Positions 30,223 through 42,079 of a DNA stretch of 64,000 bases are shown here, one piece after another. The notes under the pieces were generated by a model. The model saw only the letters and a list, made by a program, of their open reading frames with translations. It did not search any database and was not told the DNA's origin. The position numbers and the translations under genes were made by a program. Positions within the stretch are counted from its first letter, which is position 1. The number at the start of each line of letters is the position of its first letter. The DNA lies in the NCBI GenBank assembly GCA_007693605.1, contig REDG01000045.1, forward strand, positions 2,043 through 66,042, read 5' to 3'. The DNA comes from Bradymonadales bacterium. Lineage in GTDB: Bacteria; Bdellovibrionota; UBA2394.

Positions 30223-31704
30223 TTGGAATTTACTAGTAACTTGATTGAAATTCCTATGCTACCCGAAAAACAGAAGCAAGACATGAAAGCCGATATTCCC
30301 CCAGAGATGAGAGAGGCCTGGGAGAAAGCGCTACAAGGCATTGAGAAAGAGGTAAAACCTCAGTATTTTCAATCTTTTATACTCACTATTCAGCTCTTAG
30401 GCCACAAAGAGAACCTGTTAATTCTGGGCTTTCCCGATCAATTTTACGCGAACTGGGTGCATGACCACTATGCGGGCTTGATTCAAGAGAAGTTTGATGA
30501 GGCTTCTGATCATCAGTTTGGGCTCGAATTTTCGAAGGGGAAGGGGCGATCTGGCTCGCGGCCACCTCGGCAGAGCTCTCCTCCTCTCACGGCCGAGAGC
30601 CTGAAGAAGTCCTTGGCGAGTTCTCAGAGCCCAAAGACTTCGAGAAAATCAAACTCACTTTCTGATGGAAGTTTAATCAATCCGAAATATGGTTTCGAAA
30701 CTTTTGTCGTGGGCGCAAGTAATCAATTTGCGCACGCCGCTTCTTTCACGGTGGCTGAAGACCCGGGTAAACATTACAATCCGCTTTTCATCTACGGCGA
30801 GGTCGGCTTGGGGAAAACACATCTTCTCAACGCGATTTCTCTGAAGATCAAAGAGAAGTTTCCTTCTAAGCGAGTGCACTATACGAGTTTCGAGAAATTC
30901 ACGAACCATATGATTGAAAGCATTCGATTTGAAAAGATGGAAGAGTTTCGAGAAAGATATCGAAAGAGTTGTGATGTTTTGATCATTGATGACATTCAAT
31001 TCATCTCTGGAAAGGAAAGAACACAGGAAGAGTTCTTTCACACCTTCAATGCGTTGTATGAACATCAGAAGCAGATTGTCTTATCCTCTGACCGCGCTCC
31101 AAAGGATATTCAAAGCTTAGAAGATCGACTCAGAAGTCGTTTCGAGATGGGTTTGATCGTCGATATTCAACCTCCTGAAATGGAGACTCGTGTTGCAATT
31201 GTCTACAAGAAAGCAGAGGCCGACGGAATTCAACTACCCGAAGATGTTGCATTTTTGTTGGCAAAGACTTTTCGGGCGAACATACGAGAGCTTGAAGGCG
31301 CACTTTTGAAGTTGGGGGCCTTTGCGTCCTTGACGGGTGGTGAGGTTAATATGGAACTCGCCAAGAAAGTTCTGAAACCGGAGTCGCAAGGGGCCAATCA
31401 AATTTTTAAAGATCCTGAAGAAATCATGAAACTCGTGGCGCGCCAGTTTCGAATGAGTCTGAACGATCTTCGGTCAGACAAGAAGACTCGAGAACTTTCC
31501 ACTCCTAGACAGCTCGCGATGTTTTTGTGTCGAAAATACAGCAATCTTTCTCTACCAGACATTGGGACTTTGTTTGGGGGCAAGAATCATACGACCGTCC
31601 TTCACGCCATCCGCCGCGTCGGTCGAATGCAAGCCAGTGACCCCATACTTCGAGAGAGTGTTTCGAAGCTAGAGACAGAAATCAAAGAGTTAAACACACT
31701 CTAA
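30223..31704 (+). CDS. dnaA: chromosomal replication initiator protein DnaA
   Basis: AAA+ Walker A GEVGLGKTHLL, Walker B LIIDDIQF, sensor and DNA-binding domain (NHTTVLHAIRRV). Divergent from rpmH. The true start may be the internal Met at about 30257. Confidence 0.95.
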   Translation: MEFTSNLIEIPMLPEKQKQDMKADIPPEMREAWEKALQGIEKEVKPQYFQSFILTIQLLGHKENLLILGFPDQFYANWVHDHYAGLIQEKFDEASDHQFGLEFSKGKGRSGSRPPRQSSPPLTAESLKKSLASSQSPKTSRKSNSLSDGSLINPKYGFETFVVGASNQFAHAASFTVAEDPGKHYNPLFIYGEVGLGKTHLLNAISLKIKEKFPSKRVHYTSFEKFTNHMIESIRFEKMEEFRERYRKSCDVLIIDDIQFISGKERTQEEFFHTFNALYEHQKQIVLSSDRAPKDIQSLEDRLRSRFEMGLIVDIQPPEMETRVAIVYKKAEADGIQLPEDVAFLLAKTFRANIRELEGALLKLGAFASLTGGEVNMELAKKVLKPESQGANQIFKDPEEIMKLVARQFRMSLNDLRSDKKTRELSTPRQLAMFLCRKYSNLSLPDIGTLFGGKNHTTVLHAIRRVGRMQASDPILRESVSKLETEIKELNTL

Positions 31705-31709
31705 CCTTC

Positions 31710-31736
31710 AGAGATGTCGTCTTTTCAAACATCTCT
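31710..31736. terminator. putative bidirectional hairpin between dnaA and the RES toxin gene
   Basis: AGAGATGT-(11 nt)-ACATCTCT, an 8-bp perfect inverted repeat, followed by TCTTTATTCTT. Lies between the convergent dnaA stop (31704) and RES stop (31746). Confidence 0.35.
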
Positions 31737-31745
31737 TCTTTATTC

Positions 31746-32414
31746 TTAGGCAACTTCACTCCAAGCAACTTTGTGTCTTGGGTTTGACTCGCCTTCAAAA
31801 AATATGAGCGAGCTTTGCTGTTTATGAAGATAGACAAATTTCAATGTCTGAGTTTGCTCAATGTCAGTCCCGAGCTTTTGAATATCGTAAACGGCAACAT
31901 TTAGCTCGTGGTTGGGGCCACGACATGAAGGATACAGTATACTTGGCACACCCTTGTTCTCCTCTGCAATCTGTTGTGAAACCTCATAAGATTTTTTTGA
32001 GGCAATCAAATCGATCTTTGGGTGAGAGTTCAAATTGAGGCCATCAGATGGATCGAACTCTACACTAAAAGCGGTTCTGGGTTCTGAAACCTGTGAGGGA
32101 GCAGGGAGATGAATTCGGAATTCCATGAAATGATAGGCCAGTTCATAGACAGCAGTTGTCAGATACTCTGATCCATAAAAAGCAAGAAGATCCGAGCCAG
32201 GCGGAGTGAAGCGCCGCGAGAAATCTAAGGGAACAGGTGTCGGATAAGAAAATGGCTTCTTTATCAAAAGGTGATGACTCGTTTGCTTTAAGGCGGGGCG
32301 CAAGGAGTCCAGTTCAGTCTCTATAAATTCATATTCATCTTGTGTATCCGTCACGAGCCGAATAGCGGACGCGGCCTGATGTTCAACAATTCGATAAATA
32401 TTCAATTTAAACAC
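31746..32414 (-). CDS. RES-domain toxin of a RES-Xre type II toxin-antitoxin pair
   Basis: RFTPPGSDLLAFYGSEYLTTAVYELAYH matches the RES-domain core (Arg, then lYxaexxxtAlxExxxH). Candidate Ser sites occur downstream. The GTG start at 32414 overlaps the antitoxin stop (GTGTTTAA); the track start 32453 (TTG) is an alternative. Confidence 0.7.
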   Translation of the reverse strand: MFKLNIYRIVEHQAASAIRLVTDTQDEYEFIETELDSLRPALKQTSHHLLIKKPFSYPTPVPLDFSRRFTPPGSDLLAFYGSEYLTTAVYELAYHFMEFRIHLPAPSQVSEPRTAFSVEFDPSDGLNLNSHPKIDLIASKKSYEVSQQIAEENKGVPSILYPSCRGPNHELNVAVYDIQKLGTDIEQTQTLKFVYLHKQQSSLIFFEGESNPRHKVAWSEVA

Positions 32415-32823
32415 CCACCCCGCGCCGAAAGTTAAGATAGGTGTTGAGAACAAACAAATTGTTCAGGCTCTTGGAAGCATAGTCAAAGGGTGACTGCCCC
32501 TCAAAATGAAGATTTTTGGTAAACATCCACTGTCGGCGATCGTCTCTGCTAGAAAAGACGGCCGCCAAGCTTCGAAATATCGCTATGAATGTATAAACCA
32601 CCTCAATCCTCTGGGGGAGCCTGTCATTTGACTTGTTTTCTTGGTGGATGGACCCTTTCTTCTTCCAGCCTTCAATTGTTGGCAGCTTGATTCCAAGAAG
32701 CCTAGACACCTCTGAAGGCTTCATATCAAGCTCGATTCTGGAGCGATCAAAGGCCTTCCACAGCACGCCACCCGCCTCAGGTGTCCCGTATTCAATCCGC
32801 TCTTCTTTGATTGAATTCCTCAT
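32407..32823 (-). CDS. Xre-family antitoxin with C-terminal DUF2384-like domain (ParS/MbcA-like)
   Basis: N-terminal HTH (SEVSRLLGIKLPTIEGWKKKG). C-terminal AAVFSSRDDRRQWMFTKNLHFEGQSPFDYASKS...L matches the Xre-antitoxin (DUF2384) pattern. Start taken at Met26 of the listed ORF. Confidence 0.7.
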   Translation of the reverse strand: MRNSIKEERIEYGTPEAGGVLWKAFDRSRIELDMKPSEVSRLLGIKLPTIEGWKKKGSIHQENKSNDRLPQRIEVVYTFIAIFRSLAAVFSSRDDRRQWMFTKNLHFEGQSPFDYASKSLNNLFVLNTYLNFRRGVGV

Positions 32824-33029
32824 ATCTTGACTATACTTCAGCAATGAAATATTGGCTATACTCTGTATAAATACTATATATATCTCCCGTAATATCAAAT
32901 ATTTATGTAGATTTCATTATTGAATCTGTAGAAAACAAGGCTTGTGCGTAACGATCAGGTCTGGCGAGTCAGCGCAAAAGGCCCGAAAGCCTTATGAGCG
33001 ATTGCGTCAAATCCCCCTCTGGATGATCA

Positions 33030-33540
33030 AAATTTATGCACAATTTATGCACAGGCTGAAGATTTATGCACAGGGTCGAGCCTTTTATCCACAGTTTATG
33101 CACAGGTTTATGCACAGGCCTGTTGATTTTAAACAATTGATATTACTTATCTTTTAATGTTTATGCACAGCCTCCACAAAAATATGTCAACTCAGCGTGT
33201 CAGTTCTGTGCATGAAATGAAGTTATGCACAGGCAATTCACAGGAATTTATCCACAGCTGTGCATAAATTTATTTTATGCACAATTCCTGTGCATAAAAC
33301 CTGTGCATAAGCTGTGAATTGCTGTGGATAGAATGCCTGTCCTGTGCACAAATCTAGAAACAGGGCAAAATCTGTGATCAATTGAACACAGGCTGTTGAA
33401 GAATATTCTTAATAAATTCAAATATTTGATTGGGTTATCCACAAATTCACAGGCCCTACTACTACTAGAAAAAAATTTTTTTTAAGAAAAAAGCCATCAA
33501 CAATCGATGACGCTGTGCATAAATATCCACAGGATTTGTA
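33030..33540. other. chromosomal origin oriC: DnaA-box cluster plus AT-rich unwinding element
   Basis: At least 15 perfect 9-mers TTAT(G/C)CACA in both orientations, mostly the TTATGCACA variant. Forward copies start at 33034, 33045, 33064, 33085, 33096, 33108, 33161, 33223, 33248, 33275 and 33435. Reverse copies start at 33259, 33289, 33302 and 33514. Several 8/9 near-matches also occur. The A/T tract TAGAAAAAAATTTTTTTTAAGAAAAAAG lies at 33466-33492. The cluster sits between dnaA and dnaN. Confidence 0.8.
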
Positions 33541-33753
33541 GAAAGATTCAAGGCTAGGCTTCAGCTTTTGAAGAACTGCAAAAAGCTCTTATAGGCTCTG
33601 CCCTCAAAAAACCTCCACTTCTAGAAAGAGTGCCGACAATCCCTTTTAAAAAAGTAGCCCTTTTTTCGAAGGCTCGGTAAGCAATGTTGCAGGAAGTTTG
33701 AAGAGATTGCCGTCAAACTCCTTTCACAAAGGAGATGAGGCGTGTGTGTTATC

Positions 33754-33829
<76 letters not shown>

Positions 33830-33973
33830 AAGTGCCCAATCTCTGGCAGCGCTCCCTCGAGTGTAAATTTGTGGTTCAGGCCCTATTTAGGCGAGATTAA
33901 GGGCTTTTTTCGCGGTTTAAAAGCTGTTTACAAAGATTAGGAAGCTGCCTAAACCTGGGGTGGGTTAAAAATA

Positions 33974-35134
33974 ATGGCTGGCCAAGAAAAACCAGGTTTT
34001 CAGGTAGATCGTGAGAGTCTTTTAAAGACTCTTCAACGCGTGCAATCGGTCGTAGACCGAAAGAACACGATTCCCATTTTGAGTCATATTTTAGTCGAAG
34101 CCGTCGGGAATGAAGTGATTTTCTCTGCGACCGATCTGGAAGTTGGAGTTCGTGTAAAAATTCCGGCCCGAGTCTTGCAGTCAGGAAAAGTCGCACTACC
34201 TGCCAAGAGCCTTTACGAAATTGTTCGAGAGCTGACTTCTGAAAGTCAGGTGAAGGTTCAGATTTTTGAGAATTTTTGGGTGGAGATTCTTTCAGGCAAG
34301 AGCGTTTTTAAACTTGTAGGTCAAGATTCAGATGAGTTTCCTCAACTCCCTCAAATCGATCAATCAAAGTCTGTGAAGCTAACCTCTGGTCAGTTTGCAG
34401 AAATGATTGATCATACCATCTTTGCTGTTTCGAGCGATCAGACTCGTTACGATCTGAGTGGTGTGTTTTTAGAGCAGCTGAAGGCAAAGTCAAAGTCTTA
34501 TCTCAGAATGGTCGCCACAGACGGTCATCGACTATCCATGATGGATCAAGAGATCGAAGGCATGACCGATGGAATTCTTCAGTCCGGAGTTATTCTACCT
34601 CGAAAAGGTTTGACGGAACTGAGACGAATTCTGGCGGAAGAGGATTTTTTCTTTTTGAGTCTTCAGGAAAATAACGCCGTATTTTGGAGTCCGACCCAGC
34701 AGTTTCAGTTGTTTATGAGACTTTTAGATGGGGAGTTTCCGGATTATACGCCCGTCATTCCACAGAATAATGATAAGCGGGTAGTCGTTCGTCGGGAGCA
34801 GTTGCTGAATTCTTTGAAGAGAATCAGTGTGCTTTCAATGGAGCACTCTCGGTCAGTGAAGTTTCAGTTTCATGATGGGAAATTGCAGTTGTTTTCTAGC
34901 AATCCCAAGTTGGGTGAAGCCAAAGAGGATGTTGACATTGATTATCAGGGCGAAGCCGTCGAGATTGGGTTCAATGCGGGCTATTTCATCGACATTTTGA
35001 ATGCCTTGGACGATCAAGAAAATATTGTCATGGAGCTTACTGACACTCTCTCGCCAAGTGTGGTGAAGGGAATTAAGTTTGATGGCTCGCTAAACATTGT
35101 GATGCCCATGCAGTTGGGTAGTGATCAGGTTTAA
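33974..35134 (+). CDS. dnaN: DNA polymerase III beta sliding clamp
   Basis: 386 aa with a beta-clamp three-domain pattern. Sits between oriC and recF. Confidence 0.95.
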   Translation: MAGQEKPGFQVDRESLLKTLQRVQSVVDRKNTIPILSHILVEAVGNEVIFSATDLEVGVRVKIPARVLQSGKVALPAKSLYEIVRELTSESQVKVQIFENFWVEILSGKSVFKLVGQDSDEFPQLPQIDQSKSVKLTSGQFAEMIDHTIFAVSSDQTRYDLSGVFLEQLKAKSKSYLRMVATDGHRLSMMDQEIEGMTDGILQSGVILPRKGLTELRRILAEEDFFFLSLQENNAVFWSPTQQFQLFMRLLDGEFPDYTPVIPQNNDKRVVVRREQLLNSLKRISVLSMEHSRSVKFQFHDGKLQLFSSNPKLGEAKEDVDIDYQGEAVEIGFNAGYFIDILNALDDQENIVMELTDTLSPSVVKGIKFDGSLNIVMPMQLGSDQV

Positions 35135-35194
35135 AAGTCCAACGACTTTTTTGAAGTTATCTTGAAGATGATTGAATTCTAAGAGGGCCGTCCC

Positions 35195-36331
35195 ATTCTT
35201 GTTACATCTTTAAAACTCTTTCAACTTCGCCGCTTTGAATTTTTTGAGGCAAAAGAATTTCATCCACAACTCAATGTCATTGTTGGTAAAAATGCACAGG
35301 GCAAGACTTCTATTTTAGAGGCTCTCTCGTTGATTTCACAGCTTCGGAGCTTTCGGTCACACCGATTAGATGAATTGGTCAAAAGGGGACAATCTCAGAT
35401 GGCGGTAACGGCCGTCTTGTCTAAACCGACTCATACTCGGGTTTTGATCGGCGTAGAGAATGGCCGAAGAGTGATTCGGGTGGATGATAAGAAACTACAA
35501 TCCCCTGCGAAGTATCCGCTAAGGGGGATGAGCGTTTCATTTGTGCCAGATGATCTTTACCTTTTGAAGGGGGGACCAGAGGCGAGAAGAGATTTTTTTG
35601 ATCAACTAGCCATGAGCCTAGATCCGACCGCTGAGGCGGCCTTCAAGCAGTTTCATAAGTGTTTGAAACAGAGAAACTTTTTACTGAAGCGGATCAAAGA
35701 GGGCCAACGATCAGACAGAGAGCTTGAACTTTGGACTTTGCAATACATTGAATCGTCGATGAGAATCTACGACATTCGCCGAAAGACGATTTCTCAGATG
35801 GCCGAGATTCTTCGACTTGTTTATCAGAGTTTGTTTCAGCTTTCAGAGAGTGTCGATCTTTCCTATCAACACGGCTTTGAGAGGGAGGATTTTCAAAAAG
35901 AGGAGCTTGAGCTCCGAATTGCTCGTCGGATAGAGGCCGAGAAGGCCACTGGCTATAGCTTGGTCGGGCCGCATCGTGACGATATTGAGTTTTTACTCTC
36001 TGAGTTTAGCGTGAGAACTTATGCGTCTCAGGGGCAGACGAGAAGCTTAGTGATTGCCCTTAAAATCGCTCAGTTAGAGCTTATTCGTGGCACTAGAAAT
36101 ATCCACCCCCTGCTTCTTTTGGATGATATTATTTCAGAGCTGGATGAACAGAGAGTTCAAGCCTTGATTGGATATTTGGCAAATTATGAAGGTCAACTCT
36201 TTGTGACGACGGCTGAAGCCCATAAATTGAGAAGGCTTCATGAGCAGTTTTCGAGCTTCAAATTGATCGAACTTTCGGGAAGTGAAAAGCCTGAGAATTC
36301 GGGTCTAGAGACCCATTTAAACAGGATTTGA
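35195..36331 (+). CDS. recF: DNA replication and repair protein RecF (start codon non-canonical or uncertain)
   Basis: The listed ORF begins at TTG 35330. The same frame is open back to the TAA at 35180 and encodes LKLFQLRRFEFFEAKEFHPQLNVIVGKNAQGKTSILEAL, the conserved RecF N-terminus with Walker A. No ATG/GTG/TTG is available there. ATT at 35195 is 7 nt after an AAGAGGG ribosome-binding site. Confidence 0.8.
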   Translation: MLVTSLKLFQLRRFEFFEAKEFHPQLNVIVGKNAQGKTSILEALSLISQLRSFRSHRLDELVKRGQSQMAVTAVLSKPTHTRVLIGVENGRRVIRVDDKKLQSPAKYPLRGMSVSFVPDDLYLLKGGPEARRDFFDQLAMSLDPTAEAAFKQFHKCLKQRNFLLKRIKEGQRSDRELELWTLQYIESSMRIYDIRRKTISQMAEILRLVYQSLFQLSESVDLSYQHGFEREDFQKEELELRIARRIEAEKATGYSLVGPHRDDIEFLLSEFSVRTYASQGQTRSLVIALKIAQLELIRGTRNIHPLLLLDDIISELDEQRVQALIGYLANYEGQLFVTTAEAHKLRRLHEQFSSFKLIELSGSEKPENSGLETHLNRI

Positions 36332-36368
36332 CAACTTGCACTTCACCCCCCTCCGGGCTAGTCTCTGA

Positions 36369-38759
<2,391 letters not shown>

Positions 38760-38775
38760 AAGGTAAGGGCGAGCA

Positions 38776-41223
38776 ATGTCAGATTTAGAAAAGACTGGAG
38801 TTTTACCGATCACGATTGAGCAAGAGATGAGAAACTCTTATCTCGACTATGCAATGAGCGTCATTATCGGTCGTGCGATTCCGGACATTCGAGATGGATT
38901 GAAGCCTGTTCATCGAAGAATTCTCTATGCGATGTATCGAGAGGGGCTTCTGCCCTCAAAAAGGTTTTCAAAGTCAGCCGGGGTTGTTGGTGAGGTTCTT
39001 AAAAAGTATCACCCTCATGGAGATTCGGCCGTTTATGATTCGATGGTTCGGCTCGCTCAAGACTGGAGCTTGCGCTACCCCCTGGTAGAAGGGCAGGGTA
39101 ATTTTGGTTCGATCGATGGGGACAGTGCGGCGGCTTATCGGTACACCGAAGCGAGATTGGCGAAGATATCAGAAGAGTTTTTGTCAGAGATTGATCAAGA
39201 CACCGTGGATTTTCAACCAAACTTCGACGGATCCACTCAAGAACCCATCATTTTACCGACCAGTATTCCTAATCTTTTGGTGAACGGCACCACAGGAATT
39301 GCGGTTGGAATGGCCACCTCGATGCCGCCCCATAATTTAGGCGAAGTTTTAGATGCCGTGATCGCCTTGATTGATCGCCCCCAGATGAATCTGGATGAGT
39401 TGATGAAAATCATTCCGGGGCCAGACTTTCCGACCGGTGCGACCATTTGCGGGACTGAAGGAATTCGAAGAGCTTATGAAACGGGTAGAGGCTCTGTCAC
39501 GATGAGGGCGGTGGCCTCTGTCGAAGATGTCGGATCAAAAGAGCAGATTGTTGTGACTGAGATTCCTTATCAGGTGAATAAGGCGACTTTAGTTGAGCAG
39601 ATTGCCGACTTGGTAAGGAATAAAAAGATTGAAGGAATTTCGGACCTTCGGGACGAGAGTAACCGCGAGGGAATTCGAATCGTTGTTGAGCTTAAAAGAG
39701 ATGCCCCCGCAGAGATTCTCTTAAATCAACTTTATCAACAGACTTCTCTTCAGACAAATTTTGGAGTGATCAATCTTGCAATTCACAACAAACAGCCGAA
39801 AATTTTCTGCTTAAAAGATGCGCTTCAAAACTATGTCGATCATCGGAAAGATGTCGTAGTTCGACGATCCGTTTTTGAGCTGAGAAAAGCTCAAATGAGA
39901 GCCCATATTCTGGAGGGTTATGAAAAGGCTCTTGATCATATCGATCAAGTGATCAAAGTGATTCGGGCTTCTCAAGCGACAGAAGATGCAAGGGTCGCAC
40001 TGATTAAAGAGTTTGAGTTTAGCATTGATCAGGCGAACGCAATTTTAGATATGAGGCTTCAGAGACTGACAGGCTTGGAGCGGCAAAAGATTAAAGATGA
40101 GTATAATGCCTTGCAAACTCGAATTGGAGAGATCAAAGAACTCTTGGGATCTGCTTCAAAGCTGATGGCTTTGATTCGTCAAGAGACCGAGGCCGTTCGA
40201 GACAAATACGCGGATGATCGAAGAACAAAGATTCTTCCGGCTGTTGGAAAATTTGTGGTTGAAGACCTCATTTCTGAGGAAGAGATGGTCGTTTCGGTTT
40301 CAAAATCTGGTTACATCAAGAGATGTGCAACCAGCGTCTACCGCGCGCAAAAGCGAGGGGGGCATGGCAAGATCGGAATGAGCACCAAAGAGGATGACTT
40401 TGTAGAGTATCTCTTTGTGGCTTCGACCCATGCTTATCTCTTAGTGTTTACAGATAAGGGAAGACTGTACTGGTTGAAGGTGCATGAAGTTCCAGTTGCC
40501 AGTCGTACCGCCAAGGGTCGACCGCTGGTAAATTTGATTAAAATGCGAACGGATGAGAAGTTGTGTGCGATTCTACCCGTTCGTGATTTCGAAGAAGGAA
40601 AATCCGTCTTTATGGCAACAGAGATGGGAATTGTGAAGAAGACTGATCTGAAGCTCTTCTCTCACCCTCGTTCTGCCGGAATTATCGCGATCCAGTTTTC
40701 AGAAGGGGATCGTTTGGTATCTGCTCGGCTCACCAGTGGTGAGTCAGAGGTCTTGCTTTGTACAGCAGGCGGGATGAGCATTCGTTTTAATGAGAAGGAT
40801 GTGCGCTCGATGGGGCGCTCTGCTCGGGGAGTCAAGGGAATCGAGCTCAGAGATCAAGATCGAGTGGTCAGCTTGGACCTTGTAGATTCAAATTCCAAAC
40901 TTTTGAGCGTGAGTCGCTTTGGTTATGGAAAGCGATCGCCATCTGAGGAGTATCGACTTCAATCAAGGGGCGGCATTGGGATCATCACCATAAAGACATC
41001 CGAACGAAATGGCCCCGTGGTTTCAGCGCTTCAGGTTTTAGATTCTGACGAAATCATGATTATGACCAGCCGAGGAAAGTTGATACGGATGCAGGTTTCT
41101 GAGATTTCTGTGATCGGAAGAAACACGCAAGGCATTCGTTTGGTTGCTTTGGATGAGGGCGAGCATGTTTCCTCAGTGGCTCGAATCGTTCACGAAGATG
41201 AGGCCAATGAGGCTAAGCAATAA
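38776..41223 (+). CDS. gyrA: DNA gyrase subunit A
   Basis: 815 aa with the active-site Tyr region ([10 protein letters not shown]), the QRDR-like [10 protein letters not shown] motif and C-terminal beta-pinwheel repeats. Confidence 0.95.
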   Translation: MSDLEKTGVLPITIEQEMRNSYLDYAMSVIIGRAIPDIRDGLKPVHRRILYAMYREGLLPSKRFSKSAGVVGEVLKKYHPHGDSAVYDSMVRLAQDWSLRYPLVEGQGNFGSIDGDSAAAYRYTEARLAKISEEFLSEIDQDTVDFQPNFDGSTQEPIILPTSIPNLLVNGTTGIAVGMATSMPPHNLGEVLDAVIALIDRPQMNLDELMKIIPGPDFPTGATICGTEGIRRAYETGRGSVTMRAVASVEDVGSKEQIVVTEIPYQVNKATLVEQIADLVRNKKIEGISDLRDESNREGIRIVVELKRDAPAEILLNQLYQQTSLQTNFGVINLAIHNKQPKIFCLKDALQNYVDHRKDVVVRRSVFELRKAQMRAHILEGYEKALDHIDQVIKVIRASQATEDARVALIKEFEFSIDQANAILDMRLQRLTGLERQKIKDEYNALQTRIGEIKELLGSASKLMALIRQETEAVRDKYADDRRTKILPAVGKFVVEDLISEEEMVVSVSKSGYIKRCATSVYRAQKRGGHGKIGMSTKEDDFVEYLFVASTHAYLLVFTDKGRLYWLKVHEVPVASRTAKGRPLVNLIKMRTDEKLCAILPVRDFEEGKSVFMATEMGIVKKTDLKLFSHPRSAGIIAIQFSEGDRLVSARLTSGESEVLLCTAGGMSIRFNEKDVRSMGRSARGVKGIELRDQDRVVSLDLVDSNSKLLSVSRFGYGKRSPSEEYRLQSRGGIGIITIKTSERNGPVVSALQVLDSDEIMIMTSRGKLIRMQVSEISVIGRNTQGIRLVALDEGEHVSSVARIVHEDEANEAKQ

Positions 41224-42079
41224 CACCTCGTATCTAGGGAATTCATTCCGTCAGAATTGGGGTCGTGGTGGATTTTGGTTCTCTTTTGCTCGATCTATTC
41301 TCTTTCTAAGTCTTGGCGCTCTTTTAGCTTGTAGCTCTGAGAATGAGAGATTGGTCCGAAAGGCAGAGCGAGAAGCTCTACAACAGAGAAGCCAACTCTC
41401 AAAGTATTTGTATCTGCAGGTTTTGGAGAATCACCGAGCGAAGGACGACATTCGCTATCGAGCGCTTAAGGGTCTAGCCGAGGTGTCCATCTCGCAGCTA
41501 TTTGATTACCCCACGGCAGTAAGGGCCTTCGACACATTGTTTGAAGAGTTCGGCCAAGTGAATCGCTATCAAAACGAGATTTGGGATCTGAGAATCAAGG
41601 CGGCTAGAATTTGGAGGTTGAATCTCCAGAGGCCTGAGAGGTCTTTGGATGTTCTCAGTCCTTTGATGAAGTCGGCTCGATTTAGCTATGAGTTTGGAAT
41701 GGAGCTGGGTCGAACTTATCTGAATCTGGGTGATTTTGATCAGGCGAGGCATTGGTTCGTTCAGTCTTGGGAGCAAGCGAAGCGCTCTCAGAACTGCAAT
41801 GTCCTGAAGAGAATTCAACTGGACCTGATTCAGGTTTATTCGCTGAGAGATCGTTGTGACGAAGCACTTCAGTGGAGTCATGAGGAGTTTCCCTCCAACT
41901 GTGAACCCGATCGTTTTGCGGTCTCTTTGGAGCAGGCCCACTGTTATGAAATTCAAGGAGAGGTGGCGAGGGCAAAAGAAATCTATCAGACTGTTTTGAG
42001 CGACAATCCACAAAACACCCGCGCCCATTTCTTTTTAGAAAGTTTGCGGTATCGGATGAGAGAAAAGCAGAGAGAATGA
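41207..42079 (+). CDS. putative lipoprotein with TPR-like helical repeats
   Basis: Lipobox ...[11 protein letters not shown] after a hydrophobic stretch. Helical repeat-like body. Start assigned to the Met at 41207 (overlaps gyrA by 17 nt); the upstream part of the listed ORF lies inside gyrA. Confidence 0.5.
   Translation: MRLSNNTSYLGNSFRQNWGRGGFWFSFARSILFLSLGALLACSSENERLVRKAEREALQQRSQLSKYLYLQVLENHRAKDDIRYRALKGLAEVSISQLFDYPTAVRAFDTLFEEFGQVNRYQNEIWDLRIKAARIWRLNLQRPERSLDVLSPLMKSARFSYEFGMELGRTYLNLGDFDQARHWFVQSWEQAKRSQNCNVLKRIQLDLIQVYSLRDRCDEALQWSHEEFPSNCEPDRFAVSLEQAHCYEIQGEVARAKEIYQTVLSDNPQNTRAHFFLESLRYRMREKQRE

Noticed and set aside
32942-33157. 71-aa ORF (frame +) full of FMHR/IYAQ repeats
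   Set aside because: It is the translation of tandem DnaA boxes (TTTATGCACAGG), so it reflects periodic oriC repeats, not a gene.
33030-33540. Short direct and inverted repeats that superficially resemble a repeat array
   Set aside because: The repeats are 9-mers with irregular spacing and both orientations, matching the DnaA box consensus. There is no 25-40 bp repeat/spacer periodicity and no cas genes, so this is not a CRISPR.
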